From Patescibacteria group bacterium (GTDB lineage Bacteria > Patescibacteriota > Microgenomatia > Levybacterales > UBA12049), in the NCBI GenBank assembly GCA_038063415.1, contig JBBTVD010000006.1:9948-73947 (forward strand): a stretch of DNA of 64,000 bases, read 5' to 3'. The translations under genes and the position numbers were made by a program. Positions 37,544 through 47,854 of the stretch are shown piece after piece. Position 1 is the stretch's first letter, and every line of letters starts with the position of its first letter. Below the pieces are notes generated by a model that was not told the DNA's origin, did no database searches, and was given only the letters and a program-made list of their open reading frames with translations.

Positions 37544-40303
37544 ATGTCACTTGGTAATATCGTTCTTCTTGGTTTTGTCGTCCTCTTCTTCTTCACGTCC
37601 TTTTTTAATAATGGCATTATGCTCCTTACTGACTGGTGGTGGTTTCAAGAGGTTGGCTATACTGACGTCTTTACCAAACCGGTTATCACCCAATTTGCTC
37701 TCGGAATTGCCGTTGGATTATTCACTTTTCTTTTTCTGTCAGGTAACTTCTGGGTAGCAAGCAAAGCACGGATTCCTTGGATCGTCTTTTTGCCACAGCA
37801 ACTCCTTGGAAGATATATCACGCTCACTGGTGCTGCTGTGAAGAAGACAACCTATGTCATCAGCCTTCTCTTAGCATTTTTTATCGGGCTTATCTCCTCT
37901 GTTTTTTGGCAAGAAGTCCTTCTGTTTATGCACCAGACACCTTTCGGGCAGACAGATCCTATTTTTGCCCATGATATCTCCTTTTATCTTTTTACCCTCC
38001 CTATTTTAGGTATTGGACTGCAACTTGTGTGGTTTATTTTGCTCCTGACGATCCTTGGCTGTGGCATTATCTACGCCCTTCGAGGAAGTTTTGGCTGGCT
38101 CAATTTTCTAGCAAAGAAACAAGCAAAAGCTGAGGTAGCCGAAAAGAACACCCAACGCAATGCACGGATACATATGGCAGTACTTTTTGCGCTTTTCCTC
38201 GCAACGATTGCAGCACAAACCTATTTGGGGATGTATGATCTGCTGACTCGAGATAATGGCGCAGTATTTGGTGCGGCATTTACGGATGTAACACTGCTTA
38301 TTCCCTTCCACAAAATACTTGCCGCTCTTCTTGCTGTTTGTGCTCTTGCAACCCTCCTCTATGGAGCAATAAATAGCCGAAAACCCCTCTTTGTAACTGC
38401 TGGTCTGACAGCAATTATTGGAGTAGCTATGATTGTCATGCCACCGCTCTATCATCAATTTATCGTCGCTCCAAATGAACTGGTCAAAGAAACGCCATTT
38501 ATCAAACACAATATTACCGCGACCAGAGAAGCATTTGGACTACAAGAGATAGCTGCACGAGAGCTTTCTGGAGATAAGCCTTTGACGGCTGAAGATATCG
38601 CGGATAATGATCTGACGATCAAAAACGTCCGACTGTGGGATCGTGGACCGCTACTTTCTACCTTCTCGCAGATTCAGGAAATACGAACGTACTACGAATT
38701 TACTGCCGTTGATAACGATCGTTATGTAATCGACGGGCAACTCAGGCAAATTATGCTTTCACCTCGAGAGCTGTCTTCAGCCAATCTGCCAAATAAGAAC
38801 TGGATCAATGAACACCTTATCTTTACCCATGGCTATGGGACAGCTGCAGGGCCGGTTAATCAGGTAACCGAGGAGGGACTTCCAGTATTATTTGTGAAGA
38901 ACTTGCCCCCAGTCGCTGAGAAAAAAGAATTGGCAATTACCCGTCCTGAAATCTACTACGGAGAACTTGCCAACGATCATATTTTTGTCAAAACCAAAGC
39001 CAAAGAATTTGATTATCCTAAAGGTGATGAAAATGTCTCGACAGTTTATGCAGGAGAAGGTGGTGTTCCAATTGATTCATTCGTCAAAAAAAGTGCATTT
39101 GCTCTGCGGTTTAACTCACTCAAAATGCTCCTCTCTGAAGATATCACGGGCGAAAGTCGGGTTATGTATTACCGTACGATTAAAGAACGTATGGAGAAAT
39201 CAGCGCCCTTCCTGACCTTTGATAAAGATCCATACAGCGTGATTGTCGATGGCAAGATTTATTGGATTGCTGATGCCTATACGATAAGTAGGAACTATCC
39301 CTATGCAAAAGCAATGATGCTCAATGGACAGGACATTAACTACATCCGCAACTCCGTCAAAGTAGTGATTGATGCTTATAATGGAACAATAACCTATTAT
39401 CAGGTCGACCAGAATGATCCTATCATAAACGCTTATGCACAAGTTTTCCCTGGAATGTTTCGACCCATCAATGAGATGCCGACAGCACTCTTCGCACATA
39501 TCCGTTATCCTGAGGATATCTTTACCCTCCAAACGAACATTTATAGTACCTATCATATGGGCGATCCTGAAATCTTTTATAACAAAGAAGACCAATGGGA
39601 CATCCCGGCTATTGCCGTAGAAGGAGAAGCTACAACCACAGACATCCCACCGATGGCTCCACGTCATATGATTATGAAGCTTCCAGGACAGGAACGTGAA
39701 GAATATATCCTGATGCTTCCTTTTATCCCACGAGGCAAGGACAATATGGCTGCCTGGATGGTCGCTCGAAATGACCAAGAGAATTATGGTAAATTACAGA
39801 TTTATCAATTCCCCAAGCAAAAGCTGATCTACGGACCAAAACAAATTATGGCACGTATTAATCAAGATGCTGAGATTGCAAGGCAAATATCGCTTTGGGA
39901 TCAGCGTGGATCACAAGTAATCCAAGGGCCGCTCCTTGTCATCCCAATTGAGGAATCATTGCTGTACGTCAGACCGTTATATCTAAAGGCAGAATCCGGT
40001 AAAATTCCAGAACTGAAAAGAGTTATTGTGGCCTATGAAAATAAAATTGCTATGGAGCCAACGCTTGAAGCAGGACTTGGGAAGATCTTTGGCACAGATA
40101 CCACTCAAGAAGCAGAAACAACAATGCAACAAAAGCCTACGGATAAAGTTGCCGAGGCACAGGCACCAACTGCGGTGACACAAGATCAACAGATTATCCA
40201 GGCGAATCAAGCATATGATGCTGCTATGCAAGCCCTCCGAGATGGCAATTGGACACTGTTTGGCGAGGAGATCCAGAAGGTAGGAGAAATACTAAAGAAG
40301 TAA
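37544..40303 (+). CDS. UPF0182-family large integral membrane protein
   Basis: 919 aa. Multiple N-terminal TM helices followed by a large extracytoplasmic domain. N-terminal sequence (LLTDWWWFQEVGY...) and size typical of UPF0182. Confidence 0.8.
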   Translation: MSLGNIVLLGFVVLFFFTSFFNNGIMLLTDWWWFQEVGYTDVFTKPVITQFALGIAVGLFTFLFLSGNFWVASKARIPWIVFLPQQLLGRYITLTGAAVKKTTYVISLLLAFFIGLISSVFWQEVLLFMHQTPFGQTDPIFAHDISFYLFTLPILGIGLQLVWFILLLTILGCGIIYALRGSFGWLNFLAKKQAKAEVAEKNTQRNARIHMAVLFALFLATIAAQTYLGMYDLLTRDNGAVFGAAFTDVTLLIPFHKILAALLAVCALATLLYGAINSRKPLFVTAGLTAIIGVAMIVMPPLYHQFIVAPNELVKETPFIKHNITATREAFGLQEIAARELSGDKPLTAEDIADNDLTIKNVRLWDRGPLLSTFSQIQEIRTYYEFTAVDNDRYVIDGQLRQIMLSPRELSSANLPNKNWINEHLIFTHGYGTAAGPVNQVTEEGLPVLFVKNLPPVAEKKELAITRPEIYYGELANDHIFVKTKAKEFDYPKGDENVSTVYAGEGGVPIDSFVKKSAFALRFNSLKMLLSEDITGESRVMYYRTIKERMEKSAPFLTFDKDPYSVIVDGKIYWIADAYTISRNYPYAKAMMLNGQDINYIRNSVKVVIDAYNGTITYYQVDQNDPIINAYAQVFPGMFRPINEMPTALFAHIRYPEDIFTLQTNIYSTYHMGDPEIFYNKEDQWDIPAIAVEGEATTTDIPPMAPRHMIMKLPGQEREEYILMLPFIPRGKDNMAAWMVARNDQENYGKLQIYQFPKQKLIYGPKQIMARINQDAEIARQISLWDQRGSQVIQGPLLVIPIEESLLYVRPLYLKAESGKIPELKRVIVAYENKIAMEPTLEAGLGKIFGTDTTQEAETTMQQKPTDKVAEAQAPTAVTQDQQIIQANQAYDAAMQALRDGNWTLFGEEIQKVGEILKK

Positions 40304-40817
40304 TAATCCTTATACTCGGACAAAAGATTTTCTACGAGGCTGAGGCTGTGCAGGAACCTGAAGTGAATCCCGTCGACCCCTCCTTTGTCTCATTGCATCA
40401 AAGATGAGGTGTTGTGCAGCGCGAGCATTTCGTCTTTCAGAGCCATTGGTATTGCGATCAGAGGTACGTACCGCTAATGCTGCCAAGATGATCCCTTGAT
40501 CAGCATCAGGCAATTCCAATAATCTTTCTACTCCTTGGCTCATCTGCCCGGAATTGATAGTCACAGACCTATCATTTCCATCTAATTTTTACTGATCTCA
40601 CATCCTCGACAATAACACCCGGTTTAGCTAGCTCACCGAGACGATGCTGTAAGGAATTAAGTTCGTCCAATACAGGTGGTGGTGTAGATGTCTTAAATTC
40701 TACTGGTTCAACTTCTCCTCCAAGCATAGGATGTTATCTTATACCCAAAATAACTGGGCTTCATTGACTTTGCTGTCAAATTTTATGGTTGAATTAATAA
40801 TCGAAGATCTGAAGTAA

Positions 40818-41765
40818 TTATTTCTTTTTGGGTGCTGGCTGAAGAGCTGCTTCAACATCTTTCATTTCAATCTTTGACTTATAGAAGAAGTATCCCACCG
40901 TCCCAAAGGTAATTACTGGAGAGAGCCAATGTGGGATATGGAAACCAAAACTATCAAGAATCATAATTGCTCCAAGGAAAAGAATTGAGTACATTGCACC
41001 GTTCTTAAGGAATCTGTATTGCTTGATCCGTTCAATATTGCTGACTGTCAGATGTCGAAGCACCAACGCACCAATACCATTTCCGATAAGAATAAGAGGT
41101 ACAAAGAAAGTGAAAGCAAAAGCACCAATGACTCCGTCAATCGAGAAGGTTGAATCAAGTACTTCAAGATAGGCAATTTTACTGATATCTGACATCCCTC
41201 CACTCAGAAGCTTTTTCTCCTGTGCTTCAGCAAACTGACGAAAGCCGTGAATGATAAAGAATGCTGTTGAACCAATGACTGCCGCAAAACCTAACATTGG
41301 GTCAATTTGCATGCCGTTCCACACAATTACTGTCAAAAGTATCGAAACGATAGCAAAGAACCATGCTCCTTGTGTCTGGAAAAATCGCTCACCTTTAAGG
41401 CCAAAATTCTTGGGTTCAAGAAATAGCCAATGGAAGAAAAGAAAAATGAGAAAAACTCCTCCGCCAAGAAGTAAATAGGGTGACGTCTTTTCAATTGCTT
41501 CAACGACTTGTGGGTCGTTCGTAAATGCCGCCGTAAGCACTCCCATAGCACCAATACCGGGATTGGCAATAAAGACAATAAGAAAAGGAAGCAGTCCACG
41601 GACAACAAAAACAGCAAAGAGAAACCCCCAAAGAAGGAACCATCGTTGGGCTTTTTTGCTCATACCGGAAAGTACTTCAGCGTTAATAATCGCGTTATCA
41701 ATACTGGTAATAATTTCAAAGAGTGCTAGTCCAAAAACAGTAAGAATAAGAAAAATAATTTCCAT
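40818..41765 (-). CDS. TerC/Alx-like integral membrane protein (DUF475-like)
   Basis: 315 aa, 7+ TM helices. Conserved SIDNA motif in TM1 and a second DxxF(S)IDG repeat, as in TerC-family proteins. Confidence 0.55.
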   Translation of the reverse strand: MEIIFLILTVFGLALFEIITSIDNAIINAEVLSGMSKKAQRWFLLWGFLFAVFVVRGLLPFLIVFIANPGIGAMGVLTAAFTNDPQVVEAIEKTSPYLLLGGGVFLIFLFFHWLFLEPKNFGLKGERFFQTQGAWFFAIVSILLTVIVWNGMQIDPMLGFAAVIGSTAFFIIHGFRQFAEAQEKKLLSGGMSDISKIAYLEVLDSTFSIDGVIGAFAFTFFVPLILIGNGIGALVLRHLTVSNIERIKQYRFLKNGAMYSILFLGAIMILDSFGFHIPHWLSPVITFGTVGYFFYKSKIEMKDVEAALQPAPKKK

Positions 41766-41832
41766 AATAGCTTTATTTTAGCAGAATTTTAGCTGAGAAG
41801 GAAGCTGGTTATTTGTCATCCTGAGTGTTTTT

Positions 41833-42210
41833 TTAAATATTCCAATGGAAATAACGAAGGAGATAGGGCGTAAAGACCAAAATTCCGATAATAATAGAAC
41901 CAATGGCTGTCACAAGTACCATACCAGAGGAAACATCTTTGGCAATTTTTGCTTCCATTCGATGCTCTTTGGTAATCAGATCGACCATTTTTTCAATGGC
42001 AGAATTAATCATCTCAGCTGCGATAACAAGCAAAATAGTAAGACCCAAAATACCCATCTCAAACGGAGAAATATCAAAAATAATACTCGCAATAACCACA
42101 CAGAGAGCAGCAATAAAATGCACAACCAAGTTTTGGTCATTATTGAGCGCGTAATTAATACCTTCAAGCGCAAATTTAAATGATTTGACAAAACGTTTGA
42201 TATCAATCAT
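41833..42210 (-). CDS. dgkA: diacylglycerol kinase (prokaryotic DgkA type)
   Basis: Start placed at the internal Met (MIDIKRFVKSFKFALEGINYAL), giving ~125 aa. Hallmark EMINSAIEKMVDLI and three TM helices. The longer 187-aa ORF has a non-homologous N-terminal extension. Confidence 0.8.
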   Translation of the reverse strand: MIDIKRFVKSFKFALEGINYALNNDQNLVVHFIAALCVVIASIIFDISPFEMGILGLTILLVIAAEMINSAIEKMVDLITKEHRMEAKIAKDVSSGMVLVTAIGSIIIGILVFTPYLLRYFHWNI

Positions 42211-42790
42211 AGATATGTTGCGAAAAAATATAGAGTAGTAATGATAACAGACTTCCAAAAATTCCGCCAACAATAAGTTCTGGCACTGTATGACGCTTAA
42301 TGCGTACTCTCGCCCATCCAACAACAGGGATAAGGCCAAGTAAGACAACAGATATTCTCCGTTGGGAAAGGATAATTGGCGTGATGAGCCCAACAAGCGT
42401 TGCCATATGCATACTGGCCTTAATACGAGTATTGATTAGTCCAACAACAACAAGCCCCCCGAGCATGCCTATACTGACAATGACTAAAATTGTGGGACCA
42501 TGGAAGAAAAAAATACCTCCTACATAGAGAACGAGTAAAAGCATGCTAATCGTAAAGAGCAATGGACGCTGCTTGCGATTGGAGACATCAAAATTGTTAA
42601 ATTTTTTCTTCTTCACTCCATAGTAGAGAATGGCAAGCATAACAAGAAGAAAAAGCGATGAGTATCCTGTCCAGAAAAGTGCTATCGAAAGATCTGAGGG
42701 TACACGATAAATAAGAAAAAAAGGCATGAGGACGAGCAAAATAAGTGGATTAAAAATAAATGAAATGATACGAGCAAGTTTGTCCGTCAC
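42203..42790 (-). CDS. PAP2-family membrane phosphatase-like protein
   Basis: 195 aa, 6 TM helices. Degenerate PAP2 motifs (..RKQRP.., KASMHMA ~ PSGH, ARVRIKRHTVPE ~ SRxxxxxHxxxD). Confidence 0.55.
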   Translation of the reverse strand: MTDKLARIISFIFNPLILLVLMPFFLIYRVPSDLSIALFWTGYSSLFLLVMLAILYYGVKKKKFNNFDVSNRKQRPLLFTISMLLLVLYVGGIFFFHGPTILVIVSIGMLGGLVVVGLINTRIKASMHMATLVGLITPIILSQRRISVVLLGLIPVVGWARVRIKRHTVPELIVGGIFGSLLSLLLYIFSQHIYD

Positions 42791-44178
42791 AGTGTAATAA
42801 GTTGCTGCAACCGTGCAAGTGTCTTCTCTTTCCCCAGAAGGGTTATTGTCTCTGGCAAGGGCAACCCTTTTGGCTTACCAGTCAAAAGAACATACAGCAC
42901 GGGCATGCGTACTTTATATTGTAGCAAAATTTCCTTCATTACTGTAAAGAGGGTAGTTGCTTCCCAAGCATCTAATTTCTCAAAAGCTTTTTGTAAATCC
43001 TGTGCTATTTGCTTTTCTTGTTCTGTTACTGATTCTGGAATAGAGGGGGCAACAAATACTTCAGTGAGCGTATCAAAATCTTTGAGCGTCTCCATGCGAG
43101 TCTTTAGCAGAGGGAGTAATCCTGCAAATAGCGTATCAGAAAATTCCTGGGCTCGCTTGGAAAAAGCTACTATGCGAGTCTTTAACTCCTCTTCACTCAG
43201 GTTTTGAATATACTGCTGATTCATCCACGTAAGCTTTACCAGGTCAAAAATGGGTCCAACGGGTTTGATATCTTTCAAATCAAACAAACGCACAAATTCC
43301 TCAAGTGAAAAAATTTCTTTTTCTTCTGGATGACTCCAGCCAAGAAGTGCCAGATAATTAAGCATAGCTTCTGGAAGAAATCCTTGCTCTAGATACCATG
43401 ATGCCCATACAGGGTTTTTACGCTTTGAAAGCTTTGATTTGTCAGGATTACGGAGAATTGGCATATGAGCAAAAATAGGCTGCTCCCAACCAAAAGCTTC
43501 GTAGAGAATAATATGTTTAGGCGTTGAGGATATCCATTCTTCAGCACGGATAATATGCGTTATTTCCATGAGATGATCATCAACCACCACGCCCAGATGA
43601 TAGGTTGGATAGCCATCTGATTTAAGCAGCACCTGATCATCAACTTCATTTGAATTTACGATAATCTGTCCACGAATGAGATCTTTAAACCAAAGTTTTT
43701 TATCGGGGAGAACGTTTAAACGAACCACATAAGACTCCCCCTTTTCAATACGCTCTTTGGCATTTGTTCCATGTGTTAGACAATATTTATCATAACGGGG
43801 TGTCTTTTTTTCTTTCTGCTGCTGTGCACGTACTTCATCAAGGCGTTCTTTTGTACAAAAACAATAATAAGCAGCACCTTTTTCGATAAGTTCCTCTGCA
43901 TATTTTTTGTAGAGAGGTAATCTTTCTGACTGTCGATAAGGAGCAAAAGGTCCACCAATGTCTGGTCCTTCATCATAATCTAAACCAAAAGCCTTTATCG
44001 AAGAAAGAATTTTTTCTTCAGCACCTTCCTGAAAACGAGTTCTATCAGTATCTTCAATACGAATAATAAATTTCCCATTGTTTTTTCTCGCCTGAGCCCA
44101 GTTCATAAGAGCCGTATAAAGATTGCCGACATGTATATCTTGCCCTGTTGGACTTGGGGGAATACGTGTTCTAACCAT
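42787..44178 (-). CDS. gltX: glutamate--tRNA ligase
   Basis: 463 aa. Class I HIGH variant PSPTGQDIHVGN and KLSKRK (KMSKS) motif. Confidence 0.9.
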   Translation of the reverse strand: MVRTRIPPSPTGQDIHVGNLYTALMNWAQARKNNGKFIIRIEDTDRTRFQEGAEEKILSSIKAFGLDYDEGPDIGGPFAPYRQSERLPLYKKYAEELIEKGAAYYCFCTKERLDEVRAQQQKEKKTPRYDKYCLTHGTNAKERIEKGESYVVRLNVLPDKKLWFKDLIRGQIIVNSNEVDDQVLLKSDGYPTYHLGVVVDDHLMEITHIIRAEEWISSTPKHIILYEAFGWEQPIFAHMPILRNPDKSKLSKRKNPVWASWYLEQGFLPEAMLNYLALLGWSHPEEKEIFSLEEFVRLFDLKDIKPVGPIFDLVKLTWMNQQYIQNLSEEELKTRIVAFSKRAQEFSDTLFAGLLPLLKTRMETLKDFDTLTEVFVAPSIPESVTEQEKQIAQDLQKAFEKLDAWEATTLFTVMKEILLQYKVRMPVLYVLLTGKPKGLPLPETITLLGKEKTLARLQQLITL

Positions 44179-44238
44179 ACCTGCATTGTACCATATCTTG
44201 CATTGTGCTTGGTCTTTTGCGTATACTCAAAGGAGCCT

Positions 44239-45396
44239 ATGACGCTCCACGAAACAGTTGAAATATCCAAAAAAGTAAGTATTGGTGCAGGTTTTGCCAT
44301 TGTTGTCATCGGTGTGCTTGTTCTGTTATTTCGAGGTGGCGTAGCAATCAAAGAGATTCTTTTTCCCCGCAAGATTCAACCTCCGACTTTTGCGTATGAT
44401 GTGCTTCCTCCTCTTGCCTTCCCACCAAACGTAAAAGAAGGAAATTTCACCTATACCCTCAACACGATTGATGGAGAGTTTCCTGTCTTCCCTGATAGAC
44501 TCAATGTCTTTCCTATCGTGCAGAACGAACCAAACTTTCTGAACCTCGACAAAGCAAAGCAGAAAGCTGCTGCTCTTGGATTTGTGAATAGATTGGGAAC
44601 GGTACTCCCGGAAACCCCACTTGGAGGTGTTGATTATCAATGGGCAGAACAAGGCGGTCTCAGTAGAGTATTTACCATAGATATTGTTAATTTTGACTTT
44701 GATCTTACATCAAGATTTCTCTCTTCACTCACGGTGCTAGCGGCACAAGATATTTCAAATCAGCAAAGCGCCATTACGAGTACCACAGAATTTCTTGGAC
44801 TTATTACACTCTTTCCTGACGATATTGATCTAACAAAGACATCGACACCTGACCCTATTGAAAATTATGTCACCTATCCAGAACTGTTTGATATTCAAAA
44901 CGGACAACTTGTCCCGGCAACAAGTCTCTCACGTACCAAAGTTATCCGGGTAAATTTATATCAGAAAAATATAGAGTATGAGCTTATCACAGGTAAAAGT
45001 GATAATGCTAATGTTATGGAAAAAGTTGAACAAAAACTTCCGATACTCTATCCAAATCCTCCTTATTCAACGATGAGTTTCTGGGTTGCTTCTGGAGATA
45101 GTAATCCTCAAGTAATGGAGTCACAATTTGTTTACCAGGAAGTTACTCGTGAACCAGAGGTAGAAGCATCGTATGCTATTAAAACACCTCAGGAAGCATT
45201 TGAAGAACTCAAACAAGGAAAAGGCTATATTGCTTCTTACAAAGGTGATGATGGTGAAATACTTATCAACAATATTTTCCTTGCATATTATATGGGAGAA
45301 GATAGACAGCAATATCTTATGCCGATTATTGTTTTTGAAGGAGATAATGGCTTTTTTGCCTACATCTCAGCCGTCAGAAATGACTGGATCCAATAG
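44239..45396 (+). CDS. hypothetical membrane-anchored protein
   Basis: Start taken at MTLHETVEISKK, with RBS aggagc and an N-terminal TM helix GAGFAIVVIGVLVLLF. The upstream part of the ORF-track ORF overlaps gltX antisense and is rejected. Confidence 0.55.
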   Translation: MTLHETVEISKKVSIGAGFAIVVIGVLVLLFRGGVAIKEILFPRKIQPPTFAYDVLPPLAFPPNVKEGNFTYTLNTIDGEFPVFPDRLNVFPIVQNEPNFLNLDKAKQKAAALGFVNRLGTVLPETPLGGVDYQWAEQGGLSRVFTIDIVNFDFDLTSRFLSSLTVLAAQDISNQQSAITSTTEFLGLITLFPDDIDLTKTSTPDPIENYVTYPELFDIQNGQLVPATSLSRTKVIRVNLYQKNIEYELITGKSDNANVMEKVEQKLPILYPNPPYSTMSFWVASGDSNPQVMESQFVYQEVTREPEVEASYAIKTPQEAFEELKQGKGYIASYKGDDGEILINNIFLAYYMGEDRQQYLMPIIVFEGDNGFFAYISAVRNDWIQ

Positions 45397-46539
45397 CTAC
45401 TGAACCACTTGAGGTGGTGAAGAGACCACGTCTACATATTGCACTTGCTTCTCAATAAACGTTAACAGTGCCTGGGTATCAACAAATCGCTGTTCGCTAT
45501 GCATCACAACGACGATATATCGATGGCCTTTGATGGTCGCTGCGGTAAGGAGTACTTCTCCTGCACCCTCGGTCGTGCCTGTTTTAATCCCAGTCACCCC
45601 ATTAATCCCCAGCAATTGATTAAGATTATTTAAAGGATATGCTTGAGTTTCGGAAATGTTTGTAATCGTCTTTGCCTTGCTTGACGTTACCTGGACAAAT
45701 GTTTTGTTTCCAATTGCATAAGCTCCCAGTCGAGCAAGATCAACTACGGTTGTATAATCCCCATCATCCTCAAGGCCTGCCGGATCAGCAAAATGTGTGT
45801 CGGAGAGATGCAAACTAATGGCTTTTTCATTCATCTTTGCAACAAAGGCTGTGACTCCACCTGGATAATTATCAGCAATTGCAACGGCTGCATCATTGGC
45901 AGAAGGAAGCATCATTGCGTAGAGGAGATCAAGAAAAGTAAACTGTTCTCCGAACGTAAGACCTAATCCACTTCCCTCGACGGTGGGCGTCTTAATCGTG
46001 AGTACCGCATCAAGTGGATAATAATCAAGCGCTGTCAGTGCTGTCATGACTTTGGTCGTTGAAGCCATAGAAAACCGTACGTTGGGATTTTTGGAAAAGA
46101 GAATAACCTGTGAATCTGCATCAGTAATAATTGCTGCTTTGGCTGAAAGCTCAGGAGTAAAAATCGCGTTAACTAAAGGATACGGATACATTTTGACAAG
46201 TGATTCTTCAGATCGGATTTTTTGCTCTTGTAACTGCTGGTGTGTCTGACGATTTACTCCCAAAAGAATGACCAATACGACAAAGAGGACTAAAGGGATC
46301 AAAGCCAAAAAGAAATCTCCACTGGATCTACTTGCACGCTTAGCAAAAGAGAACGGAGGAGTTTCAGGTTGTTTTTTTATGATGGAACGAGTTGGCGCTT
46401 CTTGAGGACGAGCGAGTTGTTTAGCTTTTCTAAACTTTCTTATTTTCTTCTTTGGTTGTTTTGCTTTTTGCTGCAATGACTGAGAATCGTTCATCAACAC
46501 GCTCCATATCTCTTGGGAAGAGTGACGCTTCCCGCACAT
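45397..46539 (-). CDS. dacA: serine-type D-Ala-D-Ala carboxypeptidase (PBP5/6-like, peptidase S11)
   Basis: SxxK ASTTK, SxN SAND, KTG KTGTTE motifs. Lys-rich N-terminal tail and TM anchor. Start uncertain (Met at 46539 or 46494) and overlaps the 3' end of aspS. Confidence 0.75.
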   Translation of the reverse strand: MCGKRHSSQEIWSVLMNDSQSLQQKAKQPKKKIRKFRKAKQLARPQEAPTRSIIKKQPETPPFSFAKRASRSSGDFFLALIPLVLFVVLVILLGVNRQTHQQLQEQKIRSEESLVKMYPYPLVNAIFTPELSAKAAIITDADSQVILFSKNPNVRFSMASTTKVMTALTALDYYPLDAVLTIKTPTVEGSGLGLTFGEQFTFLDLLYAMMLPSANDAAVAIADNYPGGVTAFVAKMNEKAISLHLSDTHFADPAGLEDDGDYTTVVDLARLGAYAIGNKTFVQVTSSKAKTITNISETQAYPLNNLNQLLGINGVTGIKTGTTEGAGEVLLTAATIKGHRYIVVVMHSEQRFVDTQALLTFIEKQVQYVDVVSSPPQVVQ

Positions 46540-47854
46540 TGGATAACTCCAATAATTTCATTGTAATTCTTTCGAGACCAAATGAAAAGCCTCCCTCTGG
46601 TGGCATACCGTATTTAAAGGCCTGAAGATACATGCCAAAGTTATCAGGATCAATACCTCTTTCATCCATTGCCGTCAGCAATTGCTGATAGTCATTAATA
46701 CGTCGACTCCCACTGAGGATTTCTGTTCCTTTAAAAAGCAAATCATAACTCAGACTATACTCTGGATCTTTTGGATCAGGATAGGTATAAAAAGCGCGCT
46801 TTTTGGTCGGATAGTGTGTAATAGTTACAAAATCTGATTTGTGTTCTTCTTTAGCCCAGAGACAAATTTCTTTTTCATCTTCAGGATTGAGATCCTGCTC
46901 TTTTGATAAATCTCGACCAGTTCTCTTGGTAATAATTGCTTGAGCTTCTCGAAGCGTTAATCGTGGAACCTGTGTTGGAATAAGTGGCTTTTGAATACCA
47001 AAGTCTGCAAGGATGTCTGCATGCTTTTCTGAGACATGTTTCATAATACTCGTCCCAACGAGTTCTACTGCATCAAGAAGTTCTTCAAAAGAATTAATAA
47101 ATGCCATTTCAATATCAATCATCGTTACCTCAGCAAGATGTCGAGACGTTACCGAAGGTTCAGCCCGATATGCTTTGGTAATAACAGAAACACGCTCAAA
47201 AACTCCAACCATCATCTGTTTGTATAGTTGTGGACTCTGAATCATAAACGCCGGATGCCCATAATAATCAACTTTGAAGACATCAGCTCCACCTTCTGTT
47301 GCTCCAGCCGCAATTGTTGGGACAAAGATTTCAGTACAATCAAGCTCTTTTGCTGCATTACGAAAACCTTCAGCAACTGCTGCTTGTACCAAAAATATCT
47401 TACGGACTTTATCATGTCGAAGAGTCAAGGATCGGTAATCAAGGAGTGTCGGAAGTTCAAGATGTAGTTCTTCTCCCCCCATATCAAAAGGCAAGGTTTC
47501 GGCTTCAGCAAGGATTTCAAGTTGTGTTGCTTCAAGCTCGACCGTCCCACTGGCAATTTTTGCATTAACAAGTCTCTCGGGACGAGCATTGATTTTACCT
47601 TTGATCGAGACGACAAATTCAGGACGAAGCGTCTGGGCAATCTTATGTGCCTCTTCTGAAACTCGTGGATTAAAAACGATTTGGAGAAGTCCTGACCGAT
47701 CACGAAGGTCGATAAAAAGGAGTTTCCCATGATCACGTCTGGCATGCACCCACCCCTGAACGAGCACTTCCTGGTCAATATGCTGAGGTGTTTCGGCTGT
47801 CAGTATTCTTTGCTTCATACGTTGTATCATACCCCACTTAGCCTCAATTCGCAA
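46430..47854 (-). CDS. aspS: aspartate--tRNA ligase, type 2 (archaeal-like, no GAD insertion), possibly non-discriminating
   Basis: 474 aa. N-terminal OB fold GWVHARRDHGKLLFIDLRDRSGLLQIV. Class II motifs (FRAEPSVTSRHLAEVTM, GGFSFGLERI) and LFPRD near the C-terminus favour AspRS over AsnRS. Has a ~20-aa C-terminal extension. Confidence 0.75.
   Translation of the reverse strand: MRIEAKWGMIQRMKQRILTAETPQHIDQEVLVQGWVHARRDHGKLLFIDLRDRSGLLQIVFNPRVSEEAHKIAQTLRPEFVVSIKGKINARPERLVNAKIASGTVELEATQLEILAEAETLPFDMGGEELHLELPTLLDYRSLTLRHDKVRKIFLVQAAVAEGFRNAAKELDCTEIFVPTIAAGATEGGADVFKVDYYGHPAFMIQSPQLYKQMMVGVFERVSVITKAYRAEPSVTSRHLAEVTMIDIEMAFINSFEELLDAVELVGTSIMKHVSEKHADILADFGIQKPLIPTQVPRLTLREAQAIITKRTGRDLSKEQDLNPEDEKEICLWAKEEHKSDFVTITHYPTKKRAFYTYPDPKDPEYSLSYDLLFKGTEILSGSRRINDYQQLLTAMDERGIDPDNFGMYLQAFKYGMPPEGGFSFGLERITMKLLELSNVREASLFPRDMERVDERFSVIAAKSKTTKEENKKV

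Noticed and set aside
40304-40817. RNase P RNA, tmRNA, SRP RNA or 6S RNA in the G+C-rich segment.
   Set aside because: None of the landmark motifs (GGUGCUGUUUACC-type SRP helix, RNase P P4 strands, tmRNA tag-encoding frame with terminal tRNA-like end) were found by eye.
42211-42396. 62-codon N-terminal extension of the dgkA ORF.
   Set aside because: The extension has no homology to DgkA and overlaps the upstream PAP2-like gene. The internal Met gives a canonical ~125-aa DgkA.
44131-44238. Upstream 36 codons of the 44131-45396 ORF.
   Set aside because: That part overlaps the gltX coding region antisense. An ATG with an RBS at 44239 starts a protein with a normal N-terminal TM helix.
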